Shown here: positions 15,001 to 31,099 of the stretch, one piece after another
How positions within the stretch are numbered: position 1 is the stretch's first letter
How the letters are laid out: the number at the start of each line of letters is the position of its first letter
Origin: the human T2T-CHM13v2.0 reference genome, Homo sapiens
Assembly: GCF_009914755.1 (NCBI RefSeq)
Contig: NC_060937.1
Length of the DNA stretch: 64,000 nucleotides
Direction: 5' to 3' (one strand)
Made by a program: the position numbers and the translations under genes
Notes under the pieces: model-generated
Database searches by the model: none
Told to the model about the DNA's origin: nothing
The model's input: only the letters and a program-made list of their open reading frames with translations

Positions 15001-16930
15001 AACCAAACTAAAGTTTTAACTCTGTGAAATGAATGCACACATCACAAAGTAGTTTCTCAGATTGGCTCTGTCTGAATTTTATGTGAAGATATTTCCTTTT
15101 CTATCATAGGACACAAAGTGCTCCAAAGGTCCACTTGCAGATTCTACAAAAAGACTGTTTCCAAACAGCTCAATCAAAAGAAAGTTTCAACTCTGTGAGA
15201 TGAACGCACACATCACAGAGAAGTTTGTCAGAATTCTTCTCTCTAGTTTTTATGTGAAGATAAATTCCTTTTCCACCGTAGGCTTCAAAGTGCTCCAAAT
15301 GACCATTTGCAGATTCTACAAAAAGAGGGTTTCAACACTGCTCAATCAAAAGAAAGGCTCAATTCTGCGAGATGAATGCACATATCACAAAGAACTTTCT
15401 CAGAATTCTTCTGTCTTGTTTTTATGTGAAGATATTTCCTTTTAAACCATAGACCTCAAGGCGCTCGAAATGTCCACCTGAAGATTCTACAAACAGAGTA
15501 TTTCAAAACTGGTCCTTCAAAAGAAAGACTCAACCCTGGGTGATGAATGGGCACATCACAAAATCTTTCTCAGAATGCTTCTATGTAGTTTTTATGTGAA
15601 GATATTTCCTTTTCCACTGTAGGCCTCAAAGCGCTCCAAATGTCCACTTGCAGATTCTACAAAAAGACAGTTTCAAAACTGCTCCATCAAAAGAAACGTT
15701 TATCTCTGTGAGATGATTGCACACATCACAAAGTTGTTTCTCAGATTACTTCTGGCTAGATTTTATGTGAACATATTTCCTAGTCTACCGTAGGCCACAA
15801 AGTGCTCCAAATGTCCACTTGCAGATTCTATAAAAAGAGGGTTTCCAAACTGCTCAATCAAAAGAAAGTTTCAACTCTGTGAGATGAACGTGCCCATCAC
15901 AAAGTTTTTCAGAATTCTTCTGTCTACTTTTTATGGGAAGATATTTCCTTTTTCACCGTAAGCCTCAAAGCGCTCGAAATGTCCACTTGCAGAGTCTATG
16001 AAAAGAGAGGTTCAAAACTGCTCAATCAAAAGAATGGCTTAACTCTGTGAGATGAATGCACATATCAAAAAGAAGTTTCTCAGATTGCTTCTGTCTAGAT
16101 ATTATGTGAAGATAATTCCTTTTCTACCATAGGCCGCAAAGTGCTCCAAATGTCCACTTGCAGATTCTAAAAAAGAGTGTTTCCAAACTACTCAATCAAC
16201 AGACAGGTTCAAATCTGTGACATGAATGCACACATCACAAAGAAGTTTCTCAGAAATCTTCTGTCTATTTTTATGTGGAGATATTTTCTTTTCCACCATA
16301 GGCCTCAAAGTGCTCCAATTGTCCACTTGCAGATTCTACAAAAAGACAGTTTCAAAACTCCTCAATCAAAAGAAAGGTTTATCTCAGTGTGATGAAAGCA
16401 CACATCACAAAGAAGTTTCTCAGTTTGCTTCTGTGTAGGTTTTATGTGAAGATATTTCCTTTTCTACCATAGGCCGCAAAGCACTCCAAATGTCCACTTG
16501 CAGATTCTACAAAAAGAGTGTTTCCAAACGGCTCAATCAAAAGAAAGTTTCAACACTGTGAGATGAACGCACATATCACAAAGAAGTTTCTCAGAATTAT
16601 TCTGTCTAGTTTTTATGTGAAGATATTTCTTTTTCCACCATAAGCCTAAAAGGGCTCCAAATGTCCACTTGCAGATTCTACAAAAAGACAGTTTCAAAAC
16701 TGCTTAATCAAAAAAATTTTAACTCTGTGAGATGAATGCACACATCACAAAGAAGTTTCTCAGATTGCTTTTGTCTAGATTTTATGTGAAGATATTTCCT
16801 TTTCTACCATAAGCCTCAAAGCGCTCCAAATGTCCACTTGCAGATTCTACAAAATAGTTTCAAGACAGCTCAATCAAAAGAAATGTTTAACTCTGTGAGA
16901 TGAATGCACATATCACAAAGAAGTTTCTCA
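1..16930 (-). repeat. Alpha satellite domain 1: diverged A-type monomers with dimer-like alternation
   Basis: Continuous ~171-bp period, e.g. AAATGTCCACTTGCAGATTCTACAAAAAGAG...CTCTGTGAGATGAATGCACACATCACAAAGAAGTTTCTCAGA, the reverse complement of the alpha consensus. Monomers tend to alternate GATTGCTTCTG/TAGATTTT/TTCTACC with GAATTCTTCTG/TAGTTTTT/TTCCACC. No CENP-B box seen. Confidence 0.98.
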
Positions 16931-17046
16931 GAATGCTTCTGTCTAGTTCTTAAATGAAGATATTTCCTTTTCCACCATAGGCCAAAAAGCGCTCCAAATG
17001 TCCACTTGCAGATATTACAAAAAGAGCTTTTCAGAACTGCTCAATG
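16931..17046 (-). repeat. Alpha satellite domain 2, first partial monomer before the L1
   Basis: GAATGCTTCTGTCTAGTTCTTAAATGAAG signature matches monomers downstream of the L1, not domain 1. Confidence 0.75.
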
Positions 17047-18946
<1,900 letters not shown>

Positions 18947-21900
18947 AACTGCTCAATGAAATAAAAGCTCAACTCTGTGACATGAATGCACACATCAGAA
19001 AGAAGTTTCTCAGAATATTTCTGAATCGTTTTTATGTGAAGATATTTCCTTTTCCACCATTGGCCTCAAAGCGCTCCAAATCTCCACATGCAGATTCTAA
19101 AAAAAGAGTGTTTCAAAGCTGCTCAATCAAAAGAAAGGTTCAACACTCTGAGATGAATGCACACGTCACAAAGAAGTTTCTCAGAATGCTTTTGTCTACT
19201 TTTTATGTGAAGATATTTCCTTTTCCACCGTTGGCCTCAAAGCACTCCAAATGTCCTCTTGCATATTCTACAAAAAGAGTGTTTCAAAGCTGCTGAATCA
19301 AAAGAAATGTTCAACTCTGTGAGATGAATGAATCCATTACAAAGAAGTTTATCAGAATGCTTCTGTCTAGTTTTTATTTGAAGATATTTCCTTTTACACC
19401 ATAGGCCTCAAAACGCTCCAAATGTAAACATCCAGATCGTCCAAAAACGTTTTTCCAAACTGCTCCATCAAAATAATGGTTTAACTCTGTGAGAGGAATG
19501 CACACATCACAAAGAATTTTCTCTGAATGATTCTGTCTAGTTTTTACGTGAATATATTTCCTTTTCCACCATAGGACTCTAAGCGCTCCAAATGTCCAAT
19601 TCTAGATGCTACAAAAAGTGTTTCAAAGCTGCTGAATCAAAAGAAAGGTTCAAATCTGTGAGAAGAATGCATGCACACATCACAAAGAGTTTCTCAAAAC
19701 GATTCTCTCTAGTTTTTATATGAAGATATTTCCTTTTCCTCCATAGGACTCTAAGCACTCCAAATGTCCAATTCTAGACTCTACAAAAAGAGGGTTTCAA
19801 AACTGCTCAATCGAAAGTAAGTTTCAACTCTGTGAGATGAATGCACACATCACAAAGAGGTTTTTCAGAATGTTTCTGTCTAGTTTTTATGTGAAGATAT
19901 TTCCTTTTCCACCATAGGCCTCAAAGGGCTCCAAATGTCCGCTTGCAGATTCTATGAAAAGAGTGTTTCAAAACTGCTCAATCAAAAGAAAGGTTCAACT
20001 CTGTGAGATGAATGCACACATCACAAAGAAGTTTCTGAGAATGCTTCCGTCTAGTTCTTAAGTGAAGATATTTCCTTTTCCACCATTGGTCCCAAAGCAC
20101 TCCAAATGTCCACTTTCGGATTCCACAAAAAGAGAGTTTCCAAACTACTCAATCAAAAGAAAGGTTCACCTCAGTGAGATGAATGCACACATCACAAAGA
20201 AATTTGCCAGAATGCTTCTGTCTAGTCTTTATATGAAGATATTTCCTTTTCCACCATAGGCCCCAAAGGGCTGCAAATGTCCACTTGCAGATCCTGGAGA
20301 AAGAGTGTTTCAAAACTGCTCAATCAAAAGAAAGGTTCAACTCTGTGAGATGAATGCACATTTCACAAAGAAGTTTCTCAGAATTCTTCTGTCAGGTTCT
20401 TAAGTGTAGATATTTCCTTTTCCACCACAGGACTCAAAGCTCTCCAAATGTCCCCTTGCAGATTCTACAAAAAGAATTTCCAAACCACTCTATCAAAAGA
20501 AAATTTCAACACTGTGAGATAAATGCACATATCACAAAGGAGTTTCTCAGAATGCTTGTGTCTAGTTATTATGTGAAGATATTACCTTTTCAACAATAGG
20601 CCTCAAAAGGCTCCAAATTTCCACATGTAGCTTCTACAAAAAGAGTGTTTCAAAGCTGCTCAATCAAAAGAAAGCTTCAACTCTGTGAGATGAATGCTCA
20701 CATCACAAAGAAATTTCTCAGAATGCTTCTGTCCAGTTTTTATGTGAAGATATTTCCTTCTCCAGCATAGGCGTCAAAACGCTCCAAATGTCCACTTACA
20801 GATCCCACAAAAGTAGTGTTTCAAAACTGCTCAATCAAAAGAAAGCTTCACCTCTGTGAGATGAATGCACGCATCACAAAGAATATTCTCAGAATAATTC
20901 TGTCTAGTGTTTGTGTGCAGATATTTCCTTTTCCACCATAGTCCTCAAAGCGCTCCAAATAACCAATTGCAAATCCTACAAAAAGAGTGTTTCAAAACAG
21001 CTCAGTCAAAGGTAGGGTTCAACTCTGTGAGATGAATTCTCACATCACAAAAAAGTCTGTCAGAATGCTTCTGTCTAGTTTTCATATGAAGATGTTTCCT
21101 TTTCCACCGTAGGCCTCAAAGCACTCCAAATGTCCACATGCGTGTTCTATAAAAAGAGTGTTTCCAAACTGCTCAAGCAAAAGAAATGTTCAACTCTGTG
21201 ATATGAAAACACACATCACAAAGAAGTTTGTCAGAATGCTTCTGTCTAGTTTTCATGTATAGATGTTTCCTTTTCCACCATAGGCCACAAAGCACTCCAA
21301 ATGTCTACTTGCAGATTCTACAAAAAGATTGTTTCAAAACTGCTCAATGAAAAGAAAGTTTCAACTCTGTGAGATGAACGCACCCATCACAAAGAAGTTT
21401 CTCAGAATGCTTCTGTCAAGTTCTTAAATGAAGATATTTCCTATTCCACCACAGGACTCAAAGGGCTCCTAATGTCCACTTGCAGATTCTACAAAAAGAG
21501 TGTTTAAACCTGCTCAATCAAAAGAAATGTTCAACCCGGTGAGATGAATGCACACAACACAAAGGATTTTCTATGAATGATTCTGTCTAGTTTTTATTTG
21601 AACATATTTCCTTTTAAGCCATAGGCTTCAAAGCGCTTCAAATGTACACTTGCAGATTCCAGAAAAAGAGTTTTTCAAAACTGCTCAATGAAAAGAAAGG
21701 TTCAAATCTGTGAGAAGAATGCACACATAACAAAGAAGTTTATCAGAATGTTTCTGTATAGTTTTTATGTGAAGGTATTTCGTTTTCCACCACAGGCCTC
21801 AAAGAGCTCCAAATGTCCACATGCAGATTCTACAAAAAGAGTCTTTCAAAGCCTCTCAATCAAAAGAAAGGTTCAACTCTGTGAGATGAAAGCACACATC

Positions 21901-23729
21901 ACAAAGAAGTTTGTCAGAATGCTTCTGTCTAGTTTTTATGTGAAGATATTTCCTTTTCTACCATAGGCCGCAAAGCGCACCAAATGTCCAAATTCAGATT
22001 CTACAAAAAGAGTCTTTCAAAACTGCTCAATCAAAAGAAAAGTTCAACTCTGTGAGATGAATCCACACATCTCAGTGAAGTTTTTCAGAATATTTCTGTA
22101 TAGTTTTTATGTGAAGATATTTCCTCTTCCACCATTGCCTCAAAGCGCCAAAAATGTCCACTTGCAGATACTACAAAAAGAGTGTTTCAAAGTTGCTCAA
22201 TCAAAAGAAAGTTGAAACTCTGTGAGATGAATGCATATATTACATATAAGTTTCTCAGAATGCTTCTGTCTAGTTTTGTGTGAAGATATTTCCTTTTCCA
22301 CCACATGCCTCAAAGCTCTCCAAATGTCCACCTGCAGATTCTACAAAAAGAGTGTTTCAAAACTGCTCAATCGAAAGTAAGGTTCAACCCTTTGAGATGA
22401 ATGCACCCATCACAAATAAGCTTGCCAGAATGCTTTTGTCTAGTTTGTATGTGAAGATATTTCCTTTTCCACCATCGGCTGCAAAGCACTCCAAATGTCC
22501 ACTTGCAATTTCTAGAAAAAGAGTTTTTCAAAACTGCTCAATTAAAATAAAGTTTCAGCTCTGTGAGAGGAATGCACACATCACAAAGCAGTTTCACAGA
22601 ATGCTTCCGTCTACTTCTTAAATAAAGATACTTCCTTTTCCACCATAGGCCTCAATGTGCTCCAAATGTCCACTTGCAGATTCTACAAAAAGAGAGTTTC
22701 TAAACTACTCAATCAAAAGAAAGGTTCAACTCTGTGAGATGAATGCACACATCACAAGGAAGTTACTCAGAATGCTTCTGTCTACTTCTTAAGTGAAGAT
22801 ATTACCTTTTCCACCTTAGGCCTCAAAGCACTCCTAATGTGCTCTTGCAGATTCTACAAAAAGAGAATTTCCAAATTACTCAATCAAAAGAAAGGTTCAA
22901 CTCTGTTAGATGAATGCACACATCACAAAGTAATTGGTCAGAATGCTTCTGTATAGTTTTTATGTGAACATATTTCCTTTTCAACCATAGGCCTCAAATC
23001 GCTTCAAATGTACAATTGCACATTCCACAAAAAGAGTTTTTCAAAACTGCTCAATGAACAGAAAGGTTCAACTCTATGAGATGAATGCACACATCACTAA
23101 GAAGTTTGTCAGAATGTTTCTGTATAGTTTTTATATGAAGATATTTCCTTTTCCACTATAGGCCTCAAAGCGCTCCAAATGTCCACATGCAGATTCTACA
23201 AAAAGAGTGTTTCAAAGCTGCTCAATCAGAAGAAATGCTCAACACTATGAGATGAATGCACACATCACAAAGAAGTTTCTCAGAATTCTTCTGTCTAGTT
23301 TTTATGTGAAGATAGTTCCTTTTCCACTATAGGCCGCAAAGTTCTCCAAATGTCCACTTGCAGATTCTACAAAAAGAGTGTTTCCAACCTGCTCAATCAA
23401 AAGAAAGGTTCTACTCTGTGAGATGAACTCACACATCACAAAGAAATTTGTGAGAATTCTTCCATCTAGTTTTTATGTGAAGATGTTTCCTTTTCCACCA
23501 TAGGCCTCAAAGAGCTCCAAATGTCCAGCTGCAGATTCTACAAAAAGAGTGTTTCCAAACTGCTCAATCAAAAGAAAGGTTCAACTCTGTGAGATGAATG
23601 CACATATCACAAAGATGTTTGTCAGAATGTTTCTCTCTAGCTATCATGTAAAGATATTTCCTTTTCCACAATATGTCTCAAAGCCCTCCAAATGTCCACT
23701 TGCAGATTCTACAACAAGAATGTTTCCAA
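18947..23729 (-). repeat. Alpha satellite domain 2 (diverged monomeric, A-type)
   Basis: 171-bp period. GAATGCTTCTG, TTTCAAAGCTGC, GTTTGTCAGAATG and TTCTTAAGTGAAG variants are frequent; the TAGATTTT monomer type is essentially absent. Confidence 0.98.
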
Positions 23730-24930
<1,201 letters not shown>

Positions 24931-27900
24931 AAAAACAGTGTTTCAAAACTGGTAAATCGAAAGTAAGGTTCAACTCTCTGAGAAGAATGCACACATCACA
25001 AAGAAGTTTGTCAGAATGCTTCTGTCTAGTTTTTATGTGAAGATAGTTCCTTTTCCACCAGAGGCCGCAAAGGGCTCCAAATGTACACTTGCAGATTCGA
25101 CAAAAAGATTGTTTCAAATCTGCTCAATCAAAAGAAAGTTTCAAATCTGTGAGGTGAATGCACACATGAAAAAGTTTCTCAGAATGCTTCTGTCTAGTTA
25201 TTAAGTGAAGATATTACCTTTTCCATCATAGGCCTCAAAGCGCTCCAAATGTCCACTTGCAGAATCTACAAAAAGTGATTTTGCAAACTAACCAATCAAA
25301 AGAAAGGTTCAACTCTGTGAAATGAATGCACACATCACAAAGAAATTTGTCAGAATGCTTCGGTCTAGTTTTTATGTGAAGATATTTCCTTTTCCACCAT
25401 AGGCCTCAAAGCACTCCAAATGTCCACTTGCAGAAAGTACAAAAAGGGTGTTTCAAAACAGCTCAATCAAAAGTAAAGTTCAACTCTGAGAGATGAATGC
25501 ACATATCACAAAGAAGTTTGTTAGAATGCTTCTGTCTAGTTTTTATGTGAAGGTATTTCCTTTTTTACCATAGGCCACAAAGCGCTCCAAATATCCACTA
25601 GCAGATTCTACAAAAAGAGTGTTTCCAAACTAGAAAATCAAAAGAAAGTTTCAACTCTGTGTGATGAATGCACTCGTCACAAAGAAGTTTCTCAGAATAC
25701 TTCTGCGTAGTTAATACATGAAGATATTTCGTTTTCCATCACACTCCTCAAAGTGCTCCAAATGTCCACTTGCAGATTCTACAAAAAAAGTGTTTCAAAG
25801 CTGCTCAATGGAAAGAAAGGTTCAATTCTGTGAGATGAATGCAAACAACACAAAGAAGTTTGTCCGCATGTTTCTGTCTAGTTTTTATGTGAAGATATTT
25901 CCTTTACCACCATATGCCACAAAGTGATCCAAGTGTCCCTTTGCAGATTCTACAAAAATAGTGTTTCAAACTGCTCAATCAAAAGAAAGTTCAACTCTGT
26001 GAGATGCATGCACACATCGCAAAGAAATTTCCCAGAATACTTCTGTGTAGTTTTTCTGTGAAGATATTTCCTTTTCCACCATAGGCCTCAAAGAATTCCA
26101 AATGTCCACCTGCAGATTCTACCAAAAGAGTGTTTCAAAATAGATTAATGAAAAGAAATGTTCAACTCTGTGACATGAAAGCACGCATTCCAAAGAAGTT
26201 TGTGACAATGCTTCTGTCTAGTTTTTATGTGAAGATATTTCCTTTTCTGCCATAGGCCTCAAAACGCTCCTAATGTCCACTTGCAGATTCTACAAAAGAG
26301 TGTTTCAAAGCTGCTCAATCAAAAGAAAGTTTCAACTCTGTGAGATGAATGCACACATCACAAAGAAGTTTCTGAGAATGCTGCTGTCTTGTTGTTATGT
26401 GAAGATATTTCCTTTTCCACAATTGGCTGCAAAGCGCTCCAAATGTCCACTTACAGATTCTACAAAAAGAGTGTTTCAAAACTACTCAATCAAAAGAAAG
26501 GTTCAACTCTGTGACATGAATGCACACATCACAAAGAAGTTTCTCAGAATGTTCTGTCTAGTTCTTAAGTGAAGATATTTCCTTTTCCACCATAGGCCTC
26601 AAAGTGCTCCAAATGTCCACTTGCAGATTGTACAAAAACAGTGTTTCAAAACTGCTCAATGGAAAGAAACGTTCAATTCTGTGAGATGAATGCAAACAAC
26701 ACAAAAAAGTTTGTCAGCTTGTTTCTGTATAGTTTTTATGTGAAGATATTTCCTTTTCTACCATAGGCCTCAAGGCGCTCCAAATGTCCACATGCAGATC
26801 CTACAAAAATAATGTTTCAAAGGTGCTCAATCAACAGAAATGTTCAACTCTGTGAGATGACTGCACACATCACAAAGAAGTTTATCAGAATGCTTCTGTC
26901 TAGATCTTAAGTGAAGATATTTCGTTTCCCACCATAGGCCTCAAAGCGAACAAAATGTCCGCTTGCAGATTCTACAAAAAGAGTGTTTTCAAACTGCTCA
27001 GCCAAAAGTAAGATTCAACTCTGTGGGTTGAATGAAAACATCACAAAGAAGTTTCTCAGGATGCTTCTGTCTAGTTCTTACGTGAAGATATTTCCTTTTG
27101 CACCGTAGGCCTAAAAGTGCTCCAAATATCAACTTGTAGATTCTACAAAAAGTGGGCTTCAAAACTTCTCAATCAAAAGTAAGGTTCAATACCCTGAGAT
27201 GAATGCACACATCACAAAGAAGTTTGTCAGAATTCTTTTGTCTAGTATTTAAGTGAAGATACTTCCTTTTCCACCATATGCCGCAAAGCGCTCCAAATAT
27301 CCACTTGCAGATTCTACAAAAAGAGTGTTTCAAAACTGCTCAATCGAAAGAAAGTTCAACTCTGTGAGATGAATGCCCACATCACAAAGAAATTTCTCAG
27401 AATATTTCTGTCTAGCTTCTCTATGAAGTTATTTCCTTTTCCACCATAGACCTCAAAGTGTTCCCAATGTCTACTTGCAGATTCTACAAAAAGAGTGTTT
27501 CAAAGCTGCTCAATCTAAAGAAATGTTCAACTCTGTGAGATTAAGGCATACATCACATACAACTTTCTCAGAATGCTTCTGTCTAGTTATTATGTGAAGA
27601 TATTTCATTTTTCACCTTAGGCCTCAAATCACTCCAAATGTCCACTTGCAGATGTTACAGAAAGAGTGTTTGAAAACTACACAATCGAAGGAAAGGTTCA
27701 ACTCTCTGAGATGAATGCACACATCACAAAGAATTTGTCAGAATTCTTCTGTCTAATATTTATGTGAAGATATTTCCTTTTCCACCATAGGCCTCAAAGC
27801 GCTCAAAATGTCTACTTGCAGATGCTACAAAAGGAGAGCTTCCAAACTACTCACTCAAAAGAAATGATCAACTCTGTGAGATGAATGCATATATCACAAA

Positions 27901-30685
27901 GTAATTTTTCAGAATTCTTCTGTCTAATTTTTATGTGAACATATTTCCTTTTCCACTGTAGGCCTCAAACCACACAAAATGTCCATTTGCAGATAGTACC
28001 AAAAGGGTTTTTCAGAACTGCTTAATCAAAAGTAAGGTTCAACTCTGTGGGATGAATGCACATATCGCAAATAGGTTTGTCAGAATGCTTCTACCTAGTT
28101 TTTTTGTGAAGATATATCCTTTTCCACCTCAGGCCTCAAAGAGCTCTGCATGTCCCCTTACAGATTCTACAAAAAGAGTGTTTCCAAACTGCTCAATCAA
28201 AAGAAATGTTCAACTCTGTGAGACGAATGCACACATCACAAAGATGTTTCTCAGAATGCTTCCGTCTAGTGCTTATGTGAAGATGTTTCCTTTTCCACCA
28301 TAGGCCTCAAAGCGCTCCAAATGTCCACTTGCAGATTCTACAAAAAGAGTGTTTCAAAACCGCTCAATGAAAACAAAGGTTCAACTCTCTGTGATGAATA
28401 CATACATCACAAAGAATTTTCTCAGGATGATTATATCTAGTTTTTATGGGAAGATATTTCCTTTTCCACCATAGGCCACAAAGCTCTCCAAATGTCCACT
28501 TGCAGATTCTACAAAAAGAGTGATTCAAGCCTGCTCAATACAAAGAAATGTTCAACTCTGTGAGATGAATGCATACATCACAAAGAAGTTGCTCAGAAAG
28601 CTTCTGTCTAGTTTTTATGTGAAGATATTTCCTTTTCACCACAGGCCTCAAAGCACTCCAAATGTCCACTTGCAGATCAACAAAAAGAGAGTTTCCAAAC
28701 TACTCAATCAAAATAAAGGTTCAGCTCTGTGAGATGAATGCACACATCACAAAGAAAGTTGTCAGAATGTTTCTGTCTAGTTTTTATGTGAAGATATTTC
28801 CTTTTCCACCATAGGCCTCAAAGCACTCCAAATGTCCACTTGCAGATAGTACAAAAAGGGTGTTTCAAAAATGCTCAATCAAAAGTAAGGTTCAACTCCG
28901 TGATATGAATGCACATATCACAAAGTAGTTTGACAGAATGCTTCTGTCTTTTTTTGTGTGTGAAGATATTTCCTTTTAGAGCATAGACCTCAAAAAGCTC
29001 CAAATGTTCACTTGCAGAATCTACAAAAAGAGTGTTTCCAAACTTCTGAATCAAAAGAAAGGTTCAACTCTGTGAGACGAATGCACAGATCACAATCAAG
29101 TTTCTCAGAATGCTTCTGTCTAGTTTTTATGTAAAGATATTTCCTTTTCCACCATAGGCCTCAAAGCTCTCCAAATATCCATTTGCCGATTCTACAAAAA
29201 GTGTTTCAAAACTGCTCAATTAAAAGGAAGTTTCAATTCTGTGACATGAATACACGAATCGCAAAGAAATTTGTCAGAATGTTTCTGTATAGTTTTTATG
29301 TGAAGATATTTCCTTTTCCACCATAGGTCTCAAAGCGCTCCAAATATCCACTTGCAGATTCTACAAAAAGAGTGTTTCAAAGCTGCTCAATCAAAAGAAA
29401 TGTTCAACTCTATGAGATGAATGCACACATCACAAAGTAGTTTCACAGAATGCTTCTGTCTAATTATTAAGTGAAGATATTTCGTTATTGACCATCACCC
29501 TGAAAGTACTCCAAATGTCCACTTACAGATTCTACAAAAAGAGTGTTTCAAAGCTGCTTAATCAAAAGAAATGTTCAACTATGTGAGATGAATGCACACA
29601 TCAGAAAGAATTTTCTAAGAAAGATTCTGTCTAGTTTTTATGGGAAGTTACTTCCTTTTCCACCATAGGTTTCAAAGCCCTCCAAATGTCCATTGTAGAT
29701 TCTACAAAAACAGTGTTTCAAAACTGCTCAATGAAAAGAAATGTTCAACTCTGTGAGATGAATGCACACATCACAAAGAAGTTTCATAGAATGCTTCTGT
29801 CTAGTTTTTATGTGAAGGTATTTCCTTTTCCACCGTAGGACACAAAGAGCTCAAAATGTTCACTTGCAGAGTCTAAAAAAGAGTTTTTCAAAGCTGCTCA
29901 ATCAAAAGTATGGTTCAACTCTGTAAGATAAATTCACACAACACACGGAAGTTTCTCAGAATGCTTCCGCCTAGTTGTTAAGTGAAGATATTTCCTTCTC
30001 CACCATATGCCTCAAAGCACACCAAATGTCCACTTGCAGATTCTACAAAAAGAGTGTTTCAAAACTGCTCAGTCAAAAGAAAGGTTCAACTCTGTGAGTT
30101 GAATGCACACATCACAAAGAAGCTTGTGAGAATGTTTCTGTATAGTTTTTATGTGAAGATAATTCCTTTTCCACCATAGGCCTCAAATCGCTCCAAATGT
30201 CCACTTGCAGATTCTACAAAAAGAGTGTTTCAAAGCTGCTCAACCTAAGGAGAGGTTCAACTCTGTGTGATGAATGCACACATCACAAAGAAGTTTCTCA
30301 GAATGCTTTTGTCTAGTTTTTAAGTGAAGATATTTCCTTTTCCACCATAGGCCCCAAAGCACTCAAAATATCCACTTGCAGATTCTACAAAAAGAGTGTT
30401 TCAAAACTGCTCAATTGAAAGTTATGTTCAACTCTGTGAGATGAATGCACAGATCACAGAGGAGTTTCTCAGAATGCTTCTGTCTGGTTTTGATGTGAAG
30501 ATATTTACTTTTCCACCATAGGCTGTAAATCGCTCCAAATATCCACTTGCAGACACTACAAAAAGAGTATTTGAAAAGTGTTAAATCAAAAGAAAAGTTC
30601 AACTCTGTGAGGTGAATGCACACATCACAAAGAAGTTCTCAGAATGCTTCTTTCTTGTCTTTATGTGAAGATATTTCCTTTTCCA
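24931..30685 (-). repeat. Alpha satellite domain 2, distal part up to the array end
   Basis: Same 171-bp period and variants; stops mid-monomer after GATATTTCCTTTTCCA. Confidence 0.98.
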
Positions 30686-30790
30686 TTCAGAACCTCGTCG
30701 CAGTGTTCTGTAATCCTGTGTGAGGGACAAACACTCAGAATCGAGACACTGTGCACTGGAATCCTATCTGAGGGCACACACACATTTTAA
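30686..30790. repeat. CER (D22Z3-type 48-bp satellite) remnant, about 2 units
   Basis: TTCAGAACCTCGTCGCAGTGTTCTGTAATCCTGTGTGAGGGACAAACA (48 bp) followed by a more decayed CTCAGAATC...CTGGAATCCTATCTGAGGG; resembles the remembered CER unit CAGAACCCAGCAGCAGTGTTCTGGAATCCTATGTGAGGGACAAACACT. Confidence 0.8.
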
Positions 30791-31099
30791 ATCCAGATGT
30801 AGTCTCCTTGCTTTAGTGAATACACTTATCTCCTTTTCCTGCTATACATTTAGGCAAATTATTTTTCTGTATCTTAAATAAATGGTAAATACCTGAAATT
30901 TCTTACTTTTTCCAGGCAGAGTGTCTTCACTATTTAGCTGTAGAAGTATAACTATCTTTGTCTGTGTCACAATTTTGTACTCAGGAACCCTGGCCATGTC
31001 ACTAGCCAAACGGACATAACTTATGGAATACGTGGACAGCATCCGGTTGATATGCTCTAGAGAAAAATAGCAGCTACCATAGACTTCAGGAAAGACACA

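Noticed and set aside
21776-21800. TTCGTTTTCC variants (also near 6263, 25728, 26921, 29481) as CENP-B boxes
   Set aside because: On this strand a box would read TCCCGTTTCCAACGAA; these sites lack the required CCCG and CGAA positions.
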